A stretch of 63,884 nucleotides of DNA, filler included, from Eubacteriales bacterium (GTDB lineage Bacteria > Bacillota > Clostridia > Oscillospirales > CAG-382): assembly GCA_045636665.1 (NCBI GenBank). It is 7 parts of 7 records of this genome, joined end to end, with 100 filler letters (N's around TTAATTAATTAA, not from the genome) between each part and the next. Parts side by side here need not be neighbours in the genome. Positions count along the whole stretch, not along the records: positions 46,162 to 55,204 come from JAZTXY010000030.1; positions 55,305 to 59,961 come from JAZTXY010000031.1; 5 more parts are not named here. One strand, 5' to 3'. A model generated the notes under the pieces. That model was not told where the DNA came from. It made no database searches and saw nothing but the letters and a program-made list of their open reading frames with translations. Positions 46,197 to 57,094 of this stretch are shown here, one piece after another; the first letter of the stretch is position 1; each line of letters begins with the position of its first letter. The translations under genes were made by a program, and so were the position numbers.

Positions 46197-48417
46197 AGTT
46201 TTCGCATTCGCTTTCGGACACAGCCGAAATGCCGATAACCGCCATCGAACAAAACGGAGGGAATACTACCGCTTTTCTAAGACGTATCTCGCTTTCAAAG
46301 AATTTTTCGTAATTCTGTGTTGCGGCAAGCTGTAACGTTTCGTTGTCGGGGTTATACGTTTGCAAAATCGCCTTACCGCGTGTGCCTGCGCGTCCTGCTC
46401 TGCCGACGAGCTGGGTAACAAGCGAAAATGCCCGTTCGTTGGCACGGAAATCGTCCATATAAAGCGAGCTGTCGATATTTATTGCGCCCGCAAGTAAAAC
46501 GTTGGGGAAATCCAATCCCTTCGAAATCATTTGCGTGCCGATCAAAACGTCGGTTTTTCCGCTTGCAAATTCCTCGATGAGCTTATCGTGCGAAAATTTA
46601 GCGCCCGTTGTGTCGGAATCCATACGCGTTATCTTTAAATCGGGATAATCGGTTTCCAATTCATCCTGAAGTTTTTGCGTACCGAAGCCCGAATAACCAA
46701 TCTTGCTTTTGCCGCAAACGGGGCAGACCTCGGGTAAGCTTTCGGTATAACCGCAATAATGACAAGCCATACGCTTCATACCGCGAATAATACCGTCAAA
46801 AGCGTGATGTGTAAGCGAAACCGAGCAGTTCGGACAACTGAAAACAAAACCGCAGTGTCTGCACGAAATGTGCGAATTGTAACCGCGTCTGTTCACAAAA
46901 AGCAACGATTGCTTTCCGTTTGACCTGCAATCTCTGATTTCCTTGTCAAGCCGTGAGCCGATAAGCTTATCAGGGGACGATATTACGCTGTCGCGAAGGT
47001 CTTCAATAATAACCTCGGGCAACTCGTTTTTGCCGTAACGGCTTTTTAGTGCAAAAAGCGAATAAACGCCTTTTTGCGCTTTGTAATAGCTTTCGACCGA
47101 AGGGGTTGCGGATGCAAGAAGCATCAACGCCTTCGATTGTGAGCATCTGAATCTTGCAACGTCGACAGCGTTGTATTTCGGTTGCATTTCGCTTTTATAG
47201 GTGTGCGCCTGCTCTTCGTCCACGGCAATCATGCCGAGGTTTTTAAAAGGCGCAAACACCGCGCTTCGCGTACCGATTACAACGTCGATATCGCCCGCAA
47301 GTATCTTTCTGTAAGTGTCGGTGCGTTCGCCGACCGAAAGCATCGAATGAACGACAGCCAAACGATTTCCGAATGCAGCCGCATAGGCATTCACCGCCTG
47401 CGAGGCAAGTCCGATTTCGGGCAACAATATTATAACCTGCCGTCCGTTGTTGATAACCTTTTTCGCTACCTCGGTAATAACTCTCGTTTTGCCGCTTCCG
47501 GTTACGCCGAAAAGCAACGCGCCTTTTGCTTCGTTGCTATCGGCAAGCTCACACAAGCCGTCAACAACCGTTTTTTGCTCGTCGGAAAGTGTATATTCAC
47601 CCTCCGGCGCAATGTTTTCAAGCGAATAGGCTTCTCTGAAAAAGGAGGTTTCTCGCTTCTCAAGCAATCCCTTTTTTAATAATGCGTTCACGATCGCGGT
47701 GGAATAACCGCCAATCTCCTCGATTTCGCGCATTGTTGCGGCAGGGTAGTGAGTTAAAAGGGAAATGAGCCCTTTTTGCTTTTCGGTCAAGCCCTGACCC
47801 GATTCAACAAGCTCGCTTGCTTCCTCGTTGGAAACGGTAAGCGTGTAAGTGAAAAGATTTTTTTCGTTTAACCTTTCGGGTACACGGCTGCCCTTAACAA
47901 GATAATTGCATCTGCACAAAGCATTTAAAAGCGTCTTGCCCTCGTCACCGAATTCTTCAACGGCTTCTCGTTCTGTGGTGACACCGTTGCGTTCCAAAAT
48001 GAAACGCATCATTATTTGACCGGCATCGTTGAGTTCTGAAATATTGCAATCCTTTTCCGCAGTGTAAATCGTTTCGGTGTCAAGGTTTACCCCCGGCGGA
48101 ATAACAGTGCGGAAGGCACTCCCGAACGTGCAAAAAAACCTTTCTTTCATAAAAGTACACGCGCCGATAAGATCAACGGGTACGTCGAAAGGATATTGCA
48201 TAATGCTATCAAGCGATTTGACGTGCGGATATTGACAATGGTCGGTAAAATCAACGACGACTGCGCTCATTCTTTTGTTGGCATTGCCAAACGGAACAAC
48301 CACAACAGACCCAATTTGAATCTGCTCGCGAAGATTATACGGAATAAAATAAGCATACTCCTTATCGATTCCGTAAGCAACGTCGATTATATGAACGAGA
48401 GCGTACTCTTTGTCCAT
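46197..48417 (-). CDS. priA: Primosomal protein N' (3' end truncated at the adapter)
   Basis: GVTGSGKT, PEIGL, GTRSA, DEEQ, SATPS, NRRGY, four CxxC, GTQMISKGLDFP, QLVGRAGR, PPF. Confidence 0.96.
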
Positions 48418-48420
48418 TGC

Positions 48421-48687
48421 TTATTTATTATCAACGATAGTATATTCGCCGTCGTAAAGCTTGGAAACGGCAACAGAAACCGGTTTTTCGGTAAGAAGAA
48501 GCTCATAATCGGACTTAACGGTGTCCTTTGCAAAACGGTCGGTTTCGCTTCTGCGGCTTTCTTCGTATTCGTGTTCGTCATTCGCCTTGTCAATGAGGTG
48601 ACGAGCGCATTTTGCGGTCGCGATAACGAGCATATAACGGTTTACCTTTTCGTTGGTAAGGTCTGCAACTGTAGGATAGAGCATCAT
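48421..48687 (-). CDS. rpoZ: RNA polymerase omega subunit
   Basis: MLYP, NRYMLVIATAKCAR, KPVSVAV..L..G; directly upstream of priA. Confidence 0.9.
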   Translation of the reverse strand: MMLYPTVADLTNEKVNRYMLVIATAKCARHLIDKANDEHEYEESRRSETDRFAKDTVKSDYELLLTEKPVSVAVSKLYDGEYTIVDNK

Positions 48688-48738
48688 AATAAAACTACCT
48701 CTTTATTTTTCATCAATTATTATCGTGTTTAAAAATGT

Positions 48739-48972
48739 TTAGCCTTCAATCGACTTGATTATCGTTTCGGGCTCTTCGGCCGAGCAAATTATATGGTCGC
48801 TGTCGGTAATAAGCACCGATTTCGTCTTTTTACCGCAACTGACGTCAATCATTCTTCCGGCATTTTTTGCGTCTTGCACCAAACGTCTGACGGGCAGGGA
48901 TTCGGGCGATACGACCGAAATTACACGGTCGCAGTTAACATAGTTGCCAAAGCCCGCATCAATCAATTTCAT
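48739..48972 (-). CDS. remA: DUF370 / RemA family regulator
   Basis: GFGNYV..R...VSPESLPVRRL, IDVSCGKKTKSVLITDSDH. Confidence 0.88.
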   Translation of the reverse strand: MKLIDAGFGNYVNCDRVISVVSPESLPVRRLVQDAKNAGRMIDVSCGKKTKSVLITDSDHIICSAEEPETIIKSIEG

Positions 48973-48983
48973 ATTCCTTGCTC

Positions 48984-49862
48984 CTATTCGATATTCTGAA
49001 TCTGTTCGCGAATCTTTTCAACGTAGCTCTTTGCTTCAATGACCTGCTTTGCGATTTCGCTGTCATTGCACTTCGAGCCGATGGTGTTGACCTCGCGATT
49101 CATTTCCTGAACAAGGAAATCGAGCTTTCTGCCAACGGGGACATCCTCTTTAAGAATCTTCTTAAACTGTGCAAAGTGCGAATCAAGTCTTGCAAGCTCT
49201 TCGCTGATGTCGGCTTTGTCGGCGAATACCGCGCATTCGGTAAGCAATCTTGCTTCATCGTAATTTGCGCCGTCAAGCAGCTCGCGAATGCGGTTTTTCA
49301 TTTTTTCGTTGCTTTCGCGTACCGATTCGGGTGCGCGTTTAACGATGTCGGCGCGGATGCCTTCAAGCACCGAAAGGTGTGAAAGAAGGTCTGACGAAAG
49401 CTTTTCGCCCTCTGCTTGGCGCATTGCGGTAAAACCGTCAAACGCCTTTTCCATAACGACGAGCAACGCCTTGCCTGCGGCTTCGGTATCTTCATCGGGA
49501 CGGGTGGTAACGAAAACCTCGTTTCTGCCCGCAACGGTGTGGATGCTTACGTCTCCTGCAAGCTCGTATTTTTCCTTGATCTCGCGAAGAAGCTTAACGT
49601 AGCTTTCCAAAAACTTTTCGTTTACCGAAAGTCCGTTGTCGTCGCCTGCGATGTTTTCAATCGAAATGTAAATATCAAGCTTGCCGCGCGAAACGCGAGT
49701 CATCGCATATTGCTTGACCTTGTCCTCGAGCGCGTTGTACATGCGTCCTAATTTAATGTTGGTGTCAAGGTAACGGCTGTTAACCGATTTAACCTCGCAC
49801 AATATATCACGGCCGTCTATCACCTCGCGGTGACGTCCGTAACCGGTCATGCTCTTAATCAT
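48984..49862 (-). CDS. YicC/YloC family endoribonuclease
   Basis: SMTGYGR, KSVNSRYLD, EELARLDSH, GRKLDFLVQEMNREVNTIGSK, REQIQNIE. Confidence 0.95.
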   Translation of the reverse strand: MIKSMTGYGRHREVIDGRDILCEVKSVNSRYLDTNIKLGRMYNALEDKVKQYAMTRVSRGKLDIYISIENIAGDDNGLSVNEKFLESYVKLLREIKEKYELAGDVSIHTVAGRNEVFVTTRPDEDTEAAGKALLVVMEKAFDGFTAMRQAEGEKLSSDLLSHLSVLEGIRADIVKRAPESVRESNEKMKNRIRELLDGANYDEARLLTECAVFADKADISEELARLDSHFAQFKKILKEDVPVGRKLDFLVQEMNREVNTIGSKCNDSEIAKQVIEAKSYVEKIREQIQNIE

Positions 49863-49890
49863 AGCGTGCCTCCGAGAAAAATATCATATA

Positions 49891-49919
49891 ATTATATCAC
49901 AATCTTAACAATTTGTCAA
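49891..49919 (-). promoter_or_regulatory. Consensus sigma-A promoter of the yloC operon
   Basis: TTGACA-17 bp-TATAAT with extended TG. Confidence 0.85.
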
Positions 49920-49931
49920 TATTTCGGCGGT

Positions 49932-50447
49932 TTATCGTCTGCCGAAAAGCTTCGGTTTTATCTGCGTAACGTAAACGACAGATATCCTTTCGAGCGCAAA
50001 ATCAAACACCAGAAACGCAACGTTTGACAATCCGTAAATGATGTATCCGAAGCCTAAATAATCTTCCTCAATGCCCCAAAGCTTCGTAGATACGAAAATC
50101 AAAACCGTCAAGAAAAAGTTAAAGCAAATTATTCTTACGATATATGACAGCCATTTGGGTTTAATGCCGTTTATCAATACCTTGAGTATCGGATAAAAAC
50201 CTACGAAAAAGGCAAATACTGCAGCAACGGTCTTTTGCGGAAGGAGTAAAACCGAAAGCAACGAAGCCGCGGCGTAAACACCGAAGGACCAACCCTTGCC
50301 AAGCTCTATGTAAGCGATCAGCACGATAATGCTCGCAATCGCCGCCGCGCTTAAATCCAAGGTTTGAAACAGTGATCCAACGAATAAAAATACTACGCAA
50401 AGAGCAGAAAAAATTCCTGCCAATGCTAATTTCTTAGCCGATCTCAT
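49932..50447 (-). CDS. Hypothetical multi-pass membrane protein
   Basis: Five to six TM segments, GFYPILK motif; ATG 50447 lies 1 nt after the stop of the J-domain gene. Confidence 0.75.
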   Translation of the reverse strand: MRSAKKLALAGIFSALCVVFLFVGSLFQTLDLSAAAIASIIVLIAYIELGKGWSFGVYAAASLLSVLLLPQKTVAAVFAFFVGFYPILKVLINGIKPKWLSYIVRIICFNFFLTVLIFVSTKLWGIEEDYLGFGYIIYGLSNVAFLVFDFALERISVVYVTQIKPKLFGRR

Positions 50448-50448
50448 A

Positions 50449-51066
50449 CTAACAGCATCTGATGCAGTCGCCGCCCATGCATTCACAGCAGCAGTCCGCG
50501 CAAAGCATTGCTTGGCAAACGTCACAACCGGTGCATCCGCCCGCGTTGTTAGTGTTCATACCCGAATAAGGGCTCGAATATGCCCCTCCGCTCATTCTTT
50601 GCTGGAAGGAACGGTATTCTTGGTTATACGGGTCCATTTGACAAGCAAGATTGATTTCGTTTCTTGCATCCTGCAACCAACCCTTGCGGTATAAAACAAG
50701 ACTCATCAAGAAGTGCCATTCAGCGGTTCTGTCGCTAATGCCGTTAAGCAGGGTTTCGGCTTCGCCGATTCTGCCCGAGCTGATAAGACGGCGTATTCTC
50801 GAATAAATCGGTTCGCCCGAATAACTTCCCGAAGAGCTGCCCGAGCTTCCGTTAAAGCTTCCGCCCGAAGCACCGCTTGAACGCAATTTTTGAATCGTGT
50901 CGTATGCCTCGTTGACCTCCTTCATTTTATCGTCAGCGAGGTCCTTTAAGGGGTTGTCTGTATAATTGTCGGGATGATATTGCTTAGCAAGCTTTCGGTA
51001 CGCTTTTTTGATTTCTTCATCCGAAGCGTTTTCCGAAACGCCCAATATTTCGTATGGATTTTTCAT
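50449..51066 (-). CDS. J-domain protein with TPR-like region and Cys-rich tail
   Basis: [23 protein letters not shown]...MDPYNQEY; tail [28 protein letters not shown]. Confidence 0.9.
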   Translation of the reverse strand: MKNPYEILGVSENASDEEIKKAYRKLAKQYHPDNYTDNPLKDLADDKMKEVNEAYDTIQKLRSSGASGGSFNGSSGSSSGSYSGEPIYSRIRRLISSGRIGEAETLLNGISDRTAEWHFLMSLVLYRKGWLQDARNEINLACQMDPYNQEYRSFQQRMSGGAYSSPYSGMNTNNAGGCTGCDVCQAMLCADCCCECMGGDCIRCC

Positions 51067-51920
51067 TTTTTATTTTTCCTTTCGATAATCCGTTTCACGG
51101 CGTCGCGACCGCCTAACTCAACTATGTTAAAAATGATACGGTCGATTCCGTTTAACGGTTGTCCGACTGCAAGTGCGTAAAAATTTGAAAAAGCATTCAA
51201 GCTATCCCAAAGCGTTTCTTTTATCGCTTCCGCCGATTCCATCGCATTTTTTGCAGTGCCGTATTTTTTGAGCAACGGATTGTAATTTCCGCTTTTTTCA
51301 TCGCTTTCGAGGTCGTCAAACGCGTCGGCGATATAAATAAACCGCCCAATATGATAACCGCATTGCTCTGCAATCATCTTCTTTTCATCGGAAAGACCGT
51401 ACGAAGCGATTTCCTTCATCATGTTTCCGAAACCGTCTGCAGCTCGGTCGATTGAATCGCAATTCTGCTCCTCAATCAAATCGGTTGCGGTAAGACCGTT
51501 ATTGACGATGTCCTTAAGACCGTCAAACCTGTCCGATTTTTTGCCGATGTGCTTGAACAACGGCTTGACAAGTCGTTTTAAAAAGCGTTTGACACCCTTT
51601 TCGTCCTTAATGTCGTCAAGCAGCTTGCCGTATGTAAGCAAACCGAATGCCGAACAAACAAAGGAATAGCTATCGTCTGCACAAGCGCAATTTTTCTTTT
51701 TTAAGCTGTAAGGACATCTTTTCTTTTTAACGCAAACCTTATCATCTGTCAGCTTCATCCTAAGCAGGGCAAGCAGAACGAAATCGTAATTCAAAAGCCA
51801 CCGTGTAAGATGCGATATGTTTTTGCCGCCGTATCTGCACAGACCGCAATACACCGAAGAATAAAATTCGCTGTCCTTAACATACAGTTCACCCTTAACG
51901 GGGCGTATATATCCGAACAT
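51063..51920 (-). CDS. DUF5685 family protein
   Basis: [43 protein letters not shown]...YNP; overlaps the J-domain gene start. Confidence 0.8.
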   Translation of the reverse strand: MFGYIRPVKGELYVKDSEFYSSVYCGLCRYGGKNISHLTRWLLNYDFVLLALLRMKLTDDKVCVKKKRCPYSLKKKNCACADDSYSFVCSAFGLLTYGKLLDDIKDEKGVKRFLKRLVKPLFKHIGKKSDRFDGLKDIVNNGLTATDLIEEQNCDSIDRAADGFGNMMKEIASYGLSDEKKMIAEQCGYHIGRFIYIADAFDDLESDEKSGNYNPLLKKYGTAKNAMESAEAIKETLWDSLNAFSNFYALAVGQPLNGIDRIIFNIVELGGRDAVKRIIERKNKK

Positions 51921-52120
51921 AATTTCACCATTATATAACTAATCAATCTATTATACCACAAAAAACAGAAAACACAAGGGTATAAAGCGAAAAGATAATG
52001 TAAATTTTAATATTTATGAAATTTTTCAAAAAATTAAAAGCAAAAAAGCAAAAAGTTGCGTATATATACTCGAAAAGTAAAAGCAGAGTTATCTTTTGTA
52101 TTGAAATGGAGCTTTTTGGT

Positions 52121-53119
52121 ATGTTTAAGGACAGAACTTTTGACTTCGAAGAAGCGTTTCTTTGTGAACAGGCATTCCGTGTTAAAGACACGCAGGGAAG
52201 AGTTCATCCCGTTGACGATTGTCCTGTAAGAACCGATTTTCAGCGTGACCGTGACCGCATAATTCACAGCAAAAGCTTTCGTCGCCTTATGCATAAAATG
52301 CAGGTCTTTCTTGCGCCCGAGGGCGACCATTACCGCACACGCCTTACACATACCGTCGAGGTAGCGCAAATCGGCCGCACGATTGCACGCGCTTTGCGCC
52401 TTAACGAAGACCTTGTCGAAGCATCTGCGCTCGGACACGACCTCGGACACACTCCGTTCGGACATTCGGGTGAAAGGGCGCTTGATTATCTGTTACCCGA
52501 GGGCTTTCGCCACAACGAACAAAGCCTGCGTGTTGTCGATTACCTCGAAAACGAGGGCAAGGGCTTAAACCTCACTTTTGAGGTTCGCGATGCGATTTTG
52601 TGTCACACCGGAAGCGTACCTGCCTCCACTCTTGAAGGTCAAATCATTAAAATCGCCGACCGCATTGCCTATATAAATCACGATATTGACGATGCCGCGC
52701 GTGCCGATATTTTGAAAATTTCCGAAATTCCAAAGGAAATAAGCGATCTTTTGGGCACTACACACGGCGAAAGAATTACAAATCTCGTTTCGGCAACTAT
52801 TGAATACGGTGTCGAAAACGGAATAGGAATGGTTGCTCCTTACGCCGATGCGATGGATAAGCTTCGTGATTTTATGTTCGACCGTGTATATCGCAATCAA
52901 AAAGCAAAGAGCGAAGACGGCAAGGTTGTAAATATGATAACCTTCCTTTACGAGCATTTTTCCGCTCATCCCGAAGCTATCCCCAAGGAATATATGAAAT
53001 ATGCGGAACGTGACGGTATATCGGTAGTAACAGCCGATTTTATTGCAGGAATGACCGACCGTTATGCACTCGGCTGCTTTAACGAGCTTTTTGTGCCGAG
53101 AGTTTGGCAATACAAGTAA
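52121..53119 (+). CDS. Deoxyguanosinetriphosphate triphosphohydrolase-like HD protein
   Basis: FQRDRDRIIHSKSFRRL, RTRLTH, GHDLGHTPFGH.GE, ADRIAYINHD, DFIAGMTDRYA; start reset to ATG 52121. Confidence 0.93.
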   Translation: MFKDRTFDFEEAFLCEQAFRVKDTQGRVHPVDDCPVRTDFQRDRDRIIHSKSFRRLMHKMQVFLAPEGDHYRTRLTHTVEVAQIGRTIARALRLNEDLVEASALGHDLGHTPFGHSGERALDYLLPEGFRHNEQSLRVVDYLENEGKGLNLTFEVRDAILCHTGSVPASTLEGQIIKIADRIAYINHDIDDAARADILKISEIPKEISDLLGTTHGERITNLVSATIEYGVENGIGMVAPYADAMDKLRDFMFDRVYRNQKAKSEDGKVVNMITFLYEHFSAHPEAIPKEYMKYAERDGISVVTADFIAGMTDRYALGCFNELFVPRVWQYK

Positions 53120-53134
53120 TTTTCAGAGGTGCTT

Positions 53135-55108
53135 ATGATTTGTTTGAAATCCGGAAAGCTTTCGTTTTCGGTTAATTCAAAGGGGAATAAAATATCTTGG
53201 TGTGCCGACGGTACACCGCTTCGTCAAAGTGAAAACGCAGATTTTTGGCGTGTTTTTATGGATGACGGCTATGAAAGAGAGGTAAAGGTAAGCTCGTCGG
53301 CTCAGGAAGGCGTCGCAACCCTCGACGGGGATACCGTAACCGTTAAATACGACTCTCTTAAAGCTGATAACGGAAGAATTTTCGACGTTTCTCTTACAGT
53401 AAAAATTACCGCAACCACCGAAACGTATAACGGATTTCTTTTCGGCGCAACTGTCGAAAACAACGGTAGCGCAAGAGTAAACGAAATAATGCTTCCTTTT
53501 GTCGATTTGGAAAAGGGATGCGATGAAAACACCGAGAACGATGTTTTTTATCATATAAACGGACTCGGTCAAACCGTAAAAAATCCTTGGGAAAGCGTTC
53601 GCCGTTCTTCCCATACCGAATATATCGCGTCGGATAACCATCAGGTCTGGAATTCTATGCGTTATCCCGGTGATGCCGCAATGGCTTGGTTCGGTCTTCA
53701 AACAAAGGGTCATTTTCTTTACGTCGGACGTCACGATCCCAAATTAAAAATCTGCGTTCTTTCGGTAGGCACGTCACCGCGTAATGCCGATGACCGTCTT
53801 ATGATAACAATTTCACATTTTCCCTTTGCAAAAAAGGGCGAAAGCGTGAATATTACCGAATGCTTCGTTTCGCTTAACGATGGCGATTGGCGCACAGGCT
53901 CTGACATTTACGGCGGATATGCGCGCAAAAATTGGTACACTCCTCCCGAAAAGCCCGATTGGGTAAAAAGCTTTACGGGCTGGCAAAGAATAATTCTCCG
54001 CCATCAGTTTGGCGAAATAAACTTCAAATATGAGGACCTTCCCCGTATTTACGAAAACGGCAAAAAATACGGACTTGATATGCTTATGGTCTTCGGCTGG
54101 TGGAAGGGAAGATTCGATAACGGATATCCCATCTATGAGCCCGATGATGAATTGGGCGGAGCCGAAAAGCTTGCCGAAGCAATTGCAAAGGTTCAGTCAA
54201 TGGGCGGCAGAGTTGCTCTTTACACAAACGGCCAGCTTATCGACGTTAACACCGACTACTTCCGTGAAATCGGTTATAAAATTTGCCGTATCGATATTGA
54301 CGGCAACGAATACCGCGACCATTACCGTTTCGGCAATGACGGCACAACACTGCGCGCTTTCGGTTACAAATCCTTCGTAACCGCTTGTCCCGCAAACGAG
54401 GAATGGCAAAACCGCCTTGTAATGCACGAAAAAATGAAGCTTGAATACGGCTGCGATTCGGCATTTTTCGACCAAATCGGCGGCGCGGCACCGCTTCCGT
54501 GCTTTAATGAAGAACATTTTCACGGTGCGCGTGCCGATGAATGTGAAATCTGGCGCGTTGAAGCGTTCAAAAAGATGTTTGCAAACTGTCCCGAAGGCAA
54601 AGCACTCGGCACCGAAATGGTCAACGATATGGTGCTTTCCCACGTTCATTACATCCACGGAATACAGCTTGGTGCTGTATTCGGACCGAATTGCTTCCCC
54701 GAAATGTTTATGCGCACCTTCCCCGAAGTAATTCAGACCGACCGTTTTGTTCACGATAACAAGGACGGCACCGACCGTTCGCTCGGCAATGCTTTCATCC
54801 ACGGCTTCCGTCTTGATATCTGTCCGTGGCGCGGAAGAACCGATATTTCATCAATGCCCGAGCTTGGCGAAAAGGTTGCAAACTTACTGTCAATTAAAGA
54901 AAAATACCGCCGATTCTTCTATGAAGGCGAGTATATATGCGAGGATCGTCCCGAAATTCCGAACTGCATAAAACACGGACAATTCAAAAACGGAAACGAA
55001 TTTATGTATGCGCTTTGGAACGATTCCTCCGAAACTGTTAAATTCACACTTTTGAATAAAGAAATCACAATGAAACCTCAGGAGCTGACTTGCGTATGTT
55101 CAGATTAG
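53135..55108 (+). CDS. DUF6259-type glycoside-hydrolase-like protein
   Basis: Beta-sandwich N-terminus, GDWR..SDIY, FGWW...YP.YEPD..LGG, LYTNG, FFDQIG (GH36/GH-D-like barrel); GAGGTG RBS. Confidence 0.7.
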   Translation: MICLKSGKLSFSVNSKGNKISWCADGTPLRQSENADFWRVFMDDGYEREVKVSSSAQEGVATLDGDTVTVKYDSLKADNGRIFDVSLTVKITATTETYNGFLFGATVENNGSARVNEIMLPFVDLEKGCDENTENDVFYHINGLGQTVKNPWESVRRSSHTEYIASDNHQVWNSMRYPGDAAMAWFGLQTKGHFLYVGRHDPKLKICVLSVGTSPRNADDRLMITISHFPFAKKGESVNITECFVSLNDGDWRTGSDIYGGYARKNWYTPPEKPDWVKSFTGWQRIILRHQFGEINFKYEDLPRIYENGKKYGLDMLMVFGWWKGRFDNGYPIYEPDDELGGAEKLAEAIAKVQSMGGRVALYTNGQLIDVNTDYFREIGYKICRIDIDGNEYRDHYRFGNDGTTLRAFGYKSFVTACPANEEWQNRLVMHEKMKLEYGCDSAFFDQIGGAAPLPCFNEEHFHGARADECEIWRVEAFKKMFANCPEGKALGTEMVNDMVLSHVHYIHGIQLGAVFGPNCFPEMFMRTFPEVIQTDRFVHDNKDGTDRSLGNAFIHGFRLDICPWRGRTDISSMPELGEKVANLLSIKEKYRRFFYEGEYICEDRPEIPNCIKHGQFKNGNEFMYALWNDSSETVKFTLLNKEITMKPQELTCVCSD

Positions 55109-55204
55109 ATAACAAAATCGCACTTGTAACAGGATCCTCACGCGGTATCGGCCGCGGTATCGCTCTTGCACTCGCAAAAGCAGGCGCAGATATCGTTGTA
55201 AACT
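55096..55204 (+). CDS. N-terminus of a short-chain dehydrogenase/reductase (partial)
   Basis: Hand translation [36 protein letters not shown] with TGxxxGIG. Confidence 0.88.
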
Positions 55205-55304
55205 NNNNNNNNNNNNNNNNNNNNNNNNNNNNNNNNNNNNNNNNNNNNTTAATTAATTAANNNNNNNNNNNNNNNNNNNNNNNNNNNNNNNNNNNNNNNN
55301 NNNN
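55205..55304. other. Artificial contig linker
   Basis: N44-TTAATTAATTAA-N44. Confidence 0.98.
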
Positions 55305-56789
55305 GATGCCGAATATACCCTTTCGGGCGATATTTCGAGATTACTCGCCCTACATAACGGCAAAAATACTGTTATCGTCCGCGGCTCGCCCGAAAATATA
55401 CTTTCGCGCTGTATCGGCTATACTCTTGACGGTACCGATTATAAATTAAGCGATTTCACACGGAAAAAGATACTTTCCGCCGCGGAGGATGCGGCAAGAA
55501 CGGCAAAATTCCTTATCGCGGTCGCTTGCGGCGAAACCGAAAGCGAACGCTTGCGTGATATCGATACCGAGCAACGTCTTATCTTCAAGGGATTCGTTGC
55601 ATTTTCAAGCTCGCTCGATGCGGGCGTTGCATCGTCGGTCTACCGCTGTGAGGCGGCAGGCATTGAAACGGTGCTTAATTCCAACGATGCTTATTATACC
55701 GCGCTCAATTCGGCAAAAAGCGCGGGAATCATTACCGACGAAACGCAAATCATCACTGCCGAGCAGCTTCGAGCATCGAGCCGAGGCTTGGTTATCGCAA
55801 ACGCGCCCTATTACCGTATGTTCCTTAACGTCGACGACGGCGAATGGCTTGACATTATCCGTCTTCGCAAGGAAAACGGAAGAATTACCGCCGTCACGGC
55901 AGAGCGCATTAACGAGCTTCCCATTATGAACGAGGCAGACGTTTCGATAGTGCCCGAAAGCTCCTGCGATACGTTAAGAATGACCGCCGATGCATTGATG
56001 CTCGGCAAGGGTATAAATCTTATTACCGACGGAATATTAAACGCAAAAACCATTTGCCGAAGAATCGCCTCGGTCGTAAGCTATTTGCCCGTCGGCGCAT
56101 TGATAATGCTCGTTGCGTCGCTGTTTTCGGTATTTTACGACCAAACGCCGACCTTCCGCGTGCAAGACGTTATGTTTGGCGGCTTGATTTTCAATCTTGC
56201 GTTCGGCTTTGCCTTGGCTTACGAGCCGAGAAGCGTTAAAAATCTGCGCGATAAATATCCGTTTCACTCGGAAAAGCCGTCGCTTAACGATTTTATGTAT
56301 CCCCTTATGTTCGGCATCGGCGGCGGTATTGCGCTTTTCGTTTGCCAAACCGCAACAAAAAGCTACACAAGCACGATGATATCGCTCACGCTTATGCTTT
56401 TCCTTTATGCCTGCTCGGTAGGAGGACACGGAAGCGTGTTTGCAACGAAGCGATTCGGCAACCGTTTGCTTTACCTTTGCGGCTTCGGCTCGCTTTTGGT
56501 TATCGCGGCGCTTGTCCTTACGACCTTCGGTCATTCGCTTTTCGGCTACGGCGTGCCCGAAATGCCCAAGCTTGCGCTTTCGCTCATCGTAACGGTTGCT
56601 TATTTCCTCATCACTCAATTGATAAGATATTTCCTCTCGCCCAACGGCAAAGGCAGTAAATCCTCAAAGCCCGAAGCGGATGATTCCGATTCTGCCGAGG
56701 ATGACGTTGCCGCCGGGGAAAGAAGCGATTCCTTTGTAATCTTCGATGATGACGATTACGCAGATGCTGAGGAAGAAGACGAAGAATAA
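55305..56789 (+). CDS. C-terminal half of a degenerate P-type (Ca2+-ATPase-like) cation ATPase homologue (partial)
   Basis: Frame open from the contig start; RGSPENILSRC, LIFKGFVAF, C.AAGI, GFALAYEP and C-terminal TM helices follow P-type architecture, but the catalytic motifs are altered. Confidence 0.78.
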   Translation, partial: DAEYTLSGDISRLLALHNGKNTVIVRGSPENILSRCIGYTLDGTDYKLSDFTRKKILSAAEDAARTAKFLIAVACGETESERLRDIDTEQRLIFKGFVAFSSSLDAGVASSVYRCEAAGIETVLNSNDAYYTALNSAKSAGIITDETQIITAEQLRASSRGLVIANAPYYRMFLNVDDGEWLDIIRLRKENGRITAVTAERINELPIMNEADVSIVPESSCDTLRMTADALMLGKGINLITDGILNAKTICRRIASVVSYLPVGALIMLVASLFSVFYDQTPTFRVQDVMFGGLIFNLAFGFALAYEPRSVKNLRDKYPFHSEKPSLNDFMYPLMFGIGGGIALFVCQTATKSYTSTMISLTLMLFLYACSVGGHGSVFATKRFGNRLLYLCGFGSLLVIAALVLTTFGHSLFGYGVPEMPKLALSLIVTVAYFLITQLIRYFLSPNGKGSKSSKPEADDSDSAEDDVAAGERSDSFVIFDDDDYADAEEEDEE

Positions 56790-56827
56790 TAAAAAATAAA
56801 AATAAATCAACGAAAGGAGTAATTATT

Positions 56828-57022
56828 ATGACCAAGATCACCGCAGATATGCTCGTTGGCGACGTGCTCGACGCACATCCCGAACTTGCAAAATACTTCC
56901 TTGAAATCGGTATGCACTGCCTCGGCTGTCCTATGTCGCGCGGAGAAAGCATTAAAGACGCTTGCTCGGCACACGGTCAGGATGCAGATGCGCTTATCGA
57001 AAAGCTTAACGCGGCTCTCTAA
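56828..57022 (+). CDS. DUF1858 domain protein
   Basis: ITADMLVGDVL, GMHCLGCP..RGESI..AC..HG. Confidence 0.9.
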   Translation: MTKITADMLVGDVLDAHPELAKYFLEIGMHCLGCPMSRGESIKDACSAHGQDADALIEKLNAAL

Positions 57023-57094
57023 TTCAATCGGCGTATGTCCGTAAAGTATTTTTGCGGACACGCGCCCCAAAAATCGAAATAAGGAGAAAAAACA

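Noticed and set aside
46195..48417. Naturally truncated PriA or priA pseudogene
   Set aside because: The stop codon is formed by adapter sequence at the contig end.
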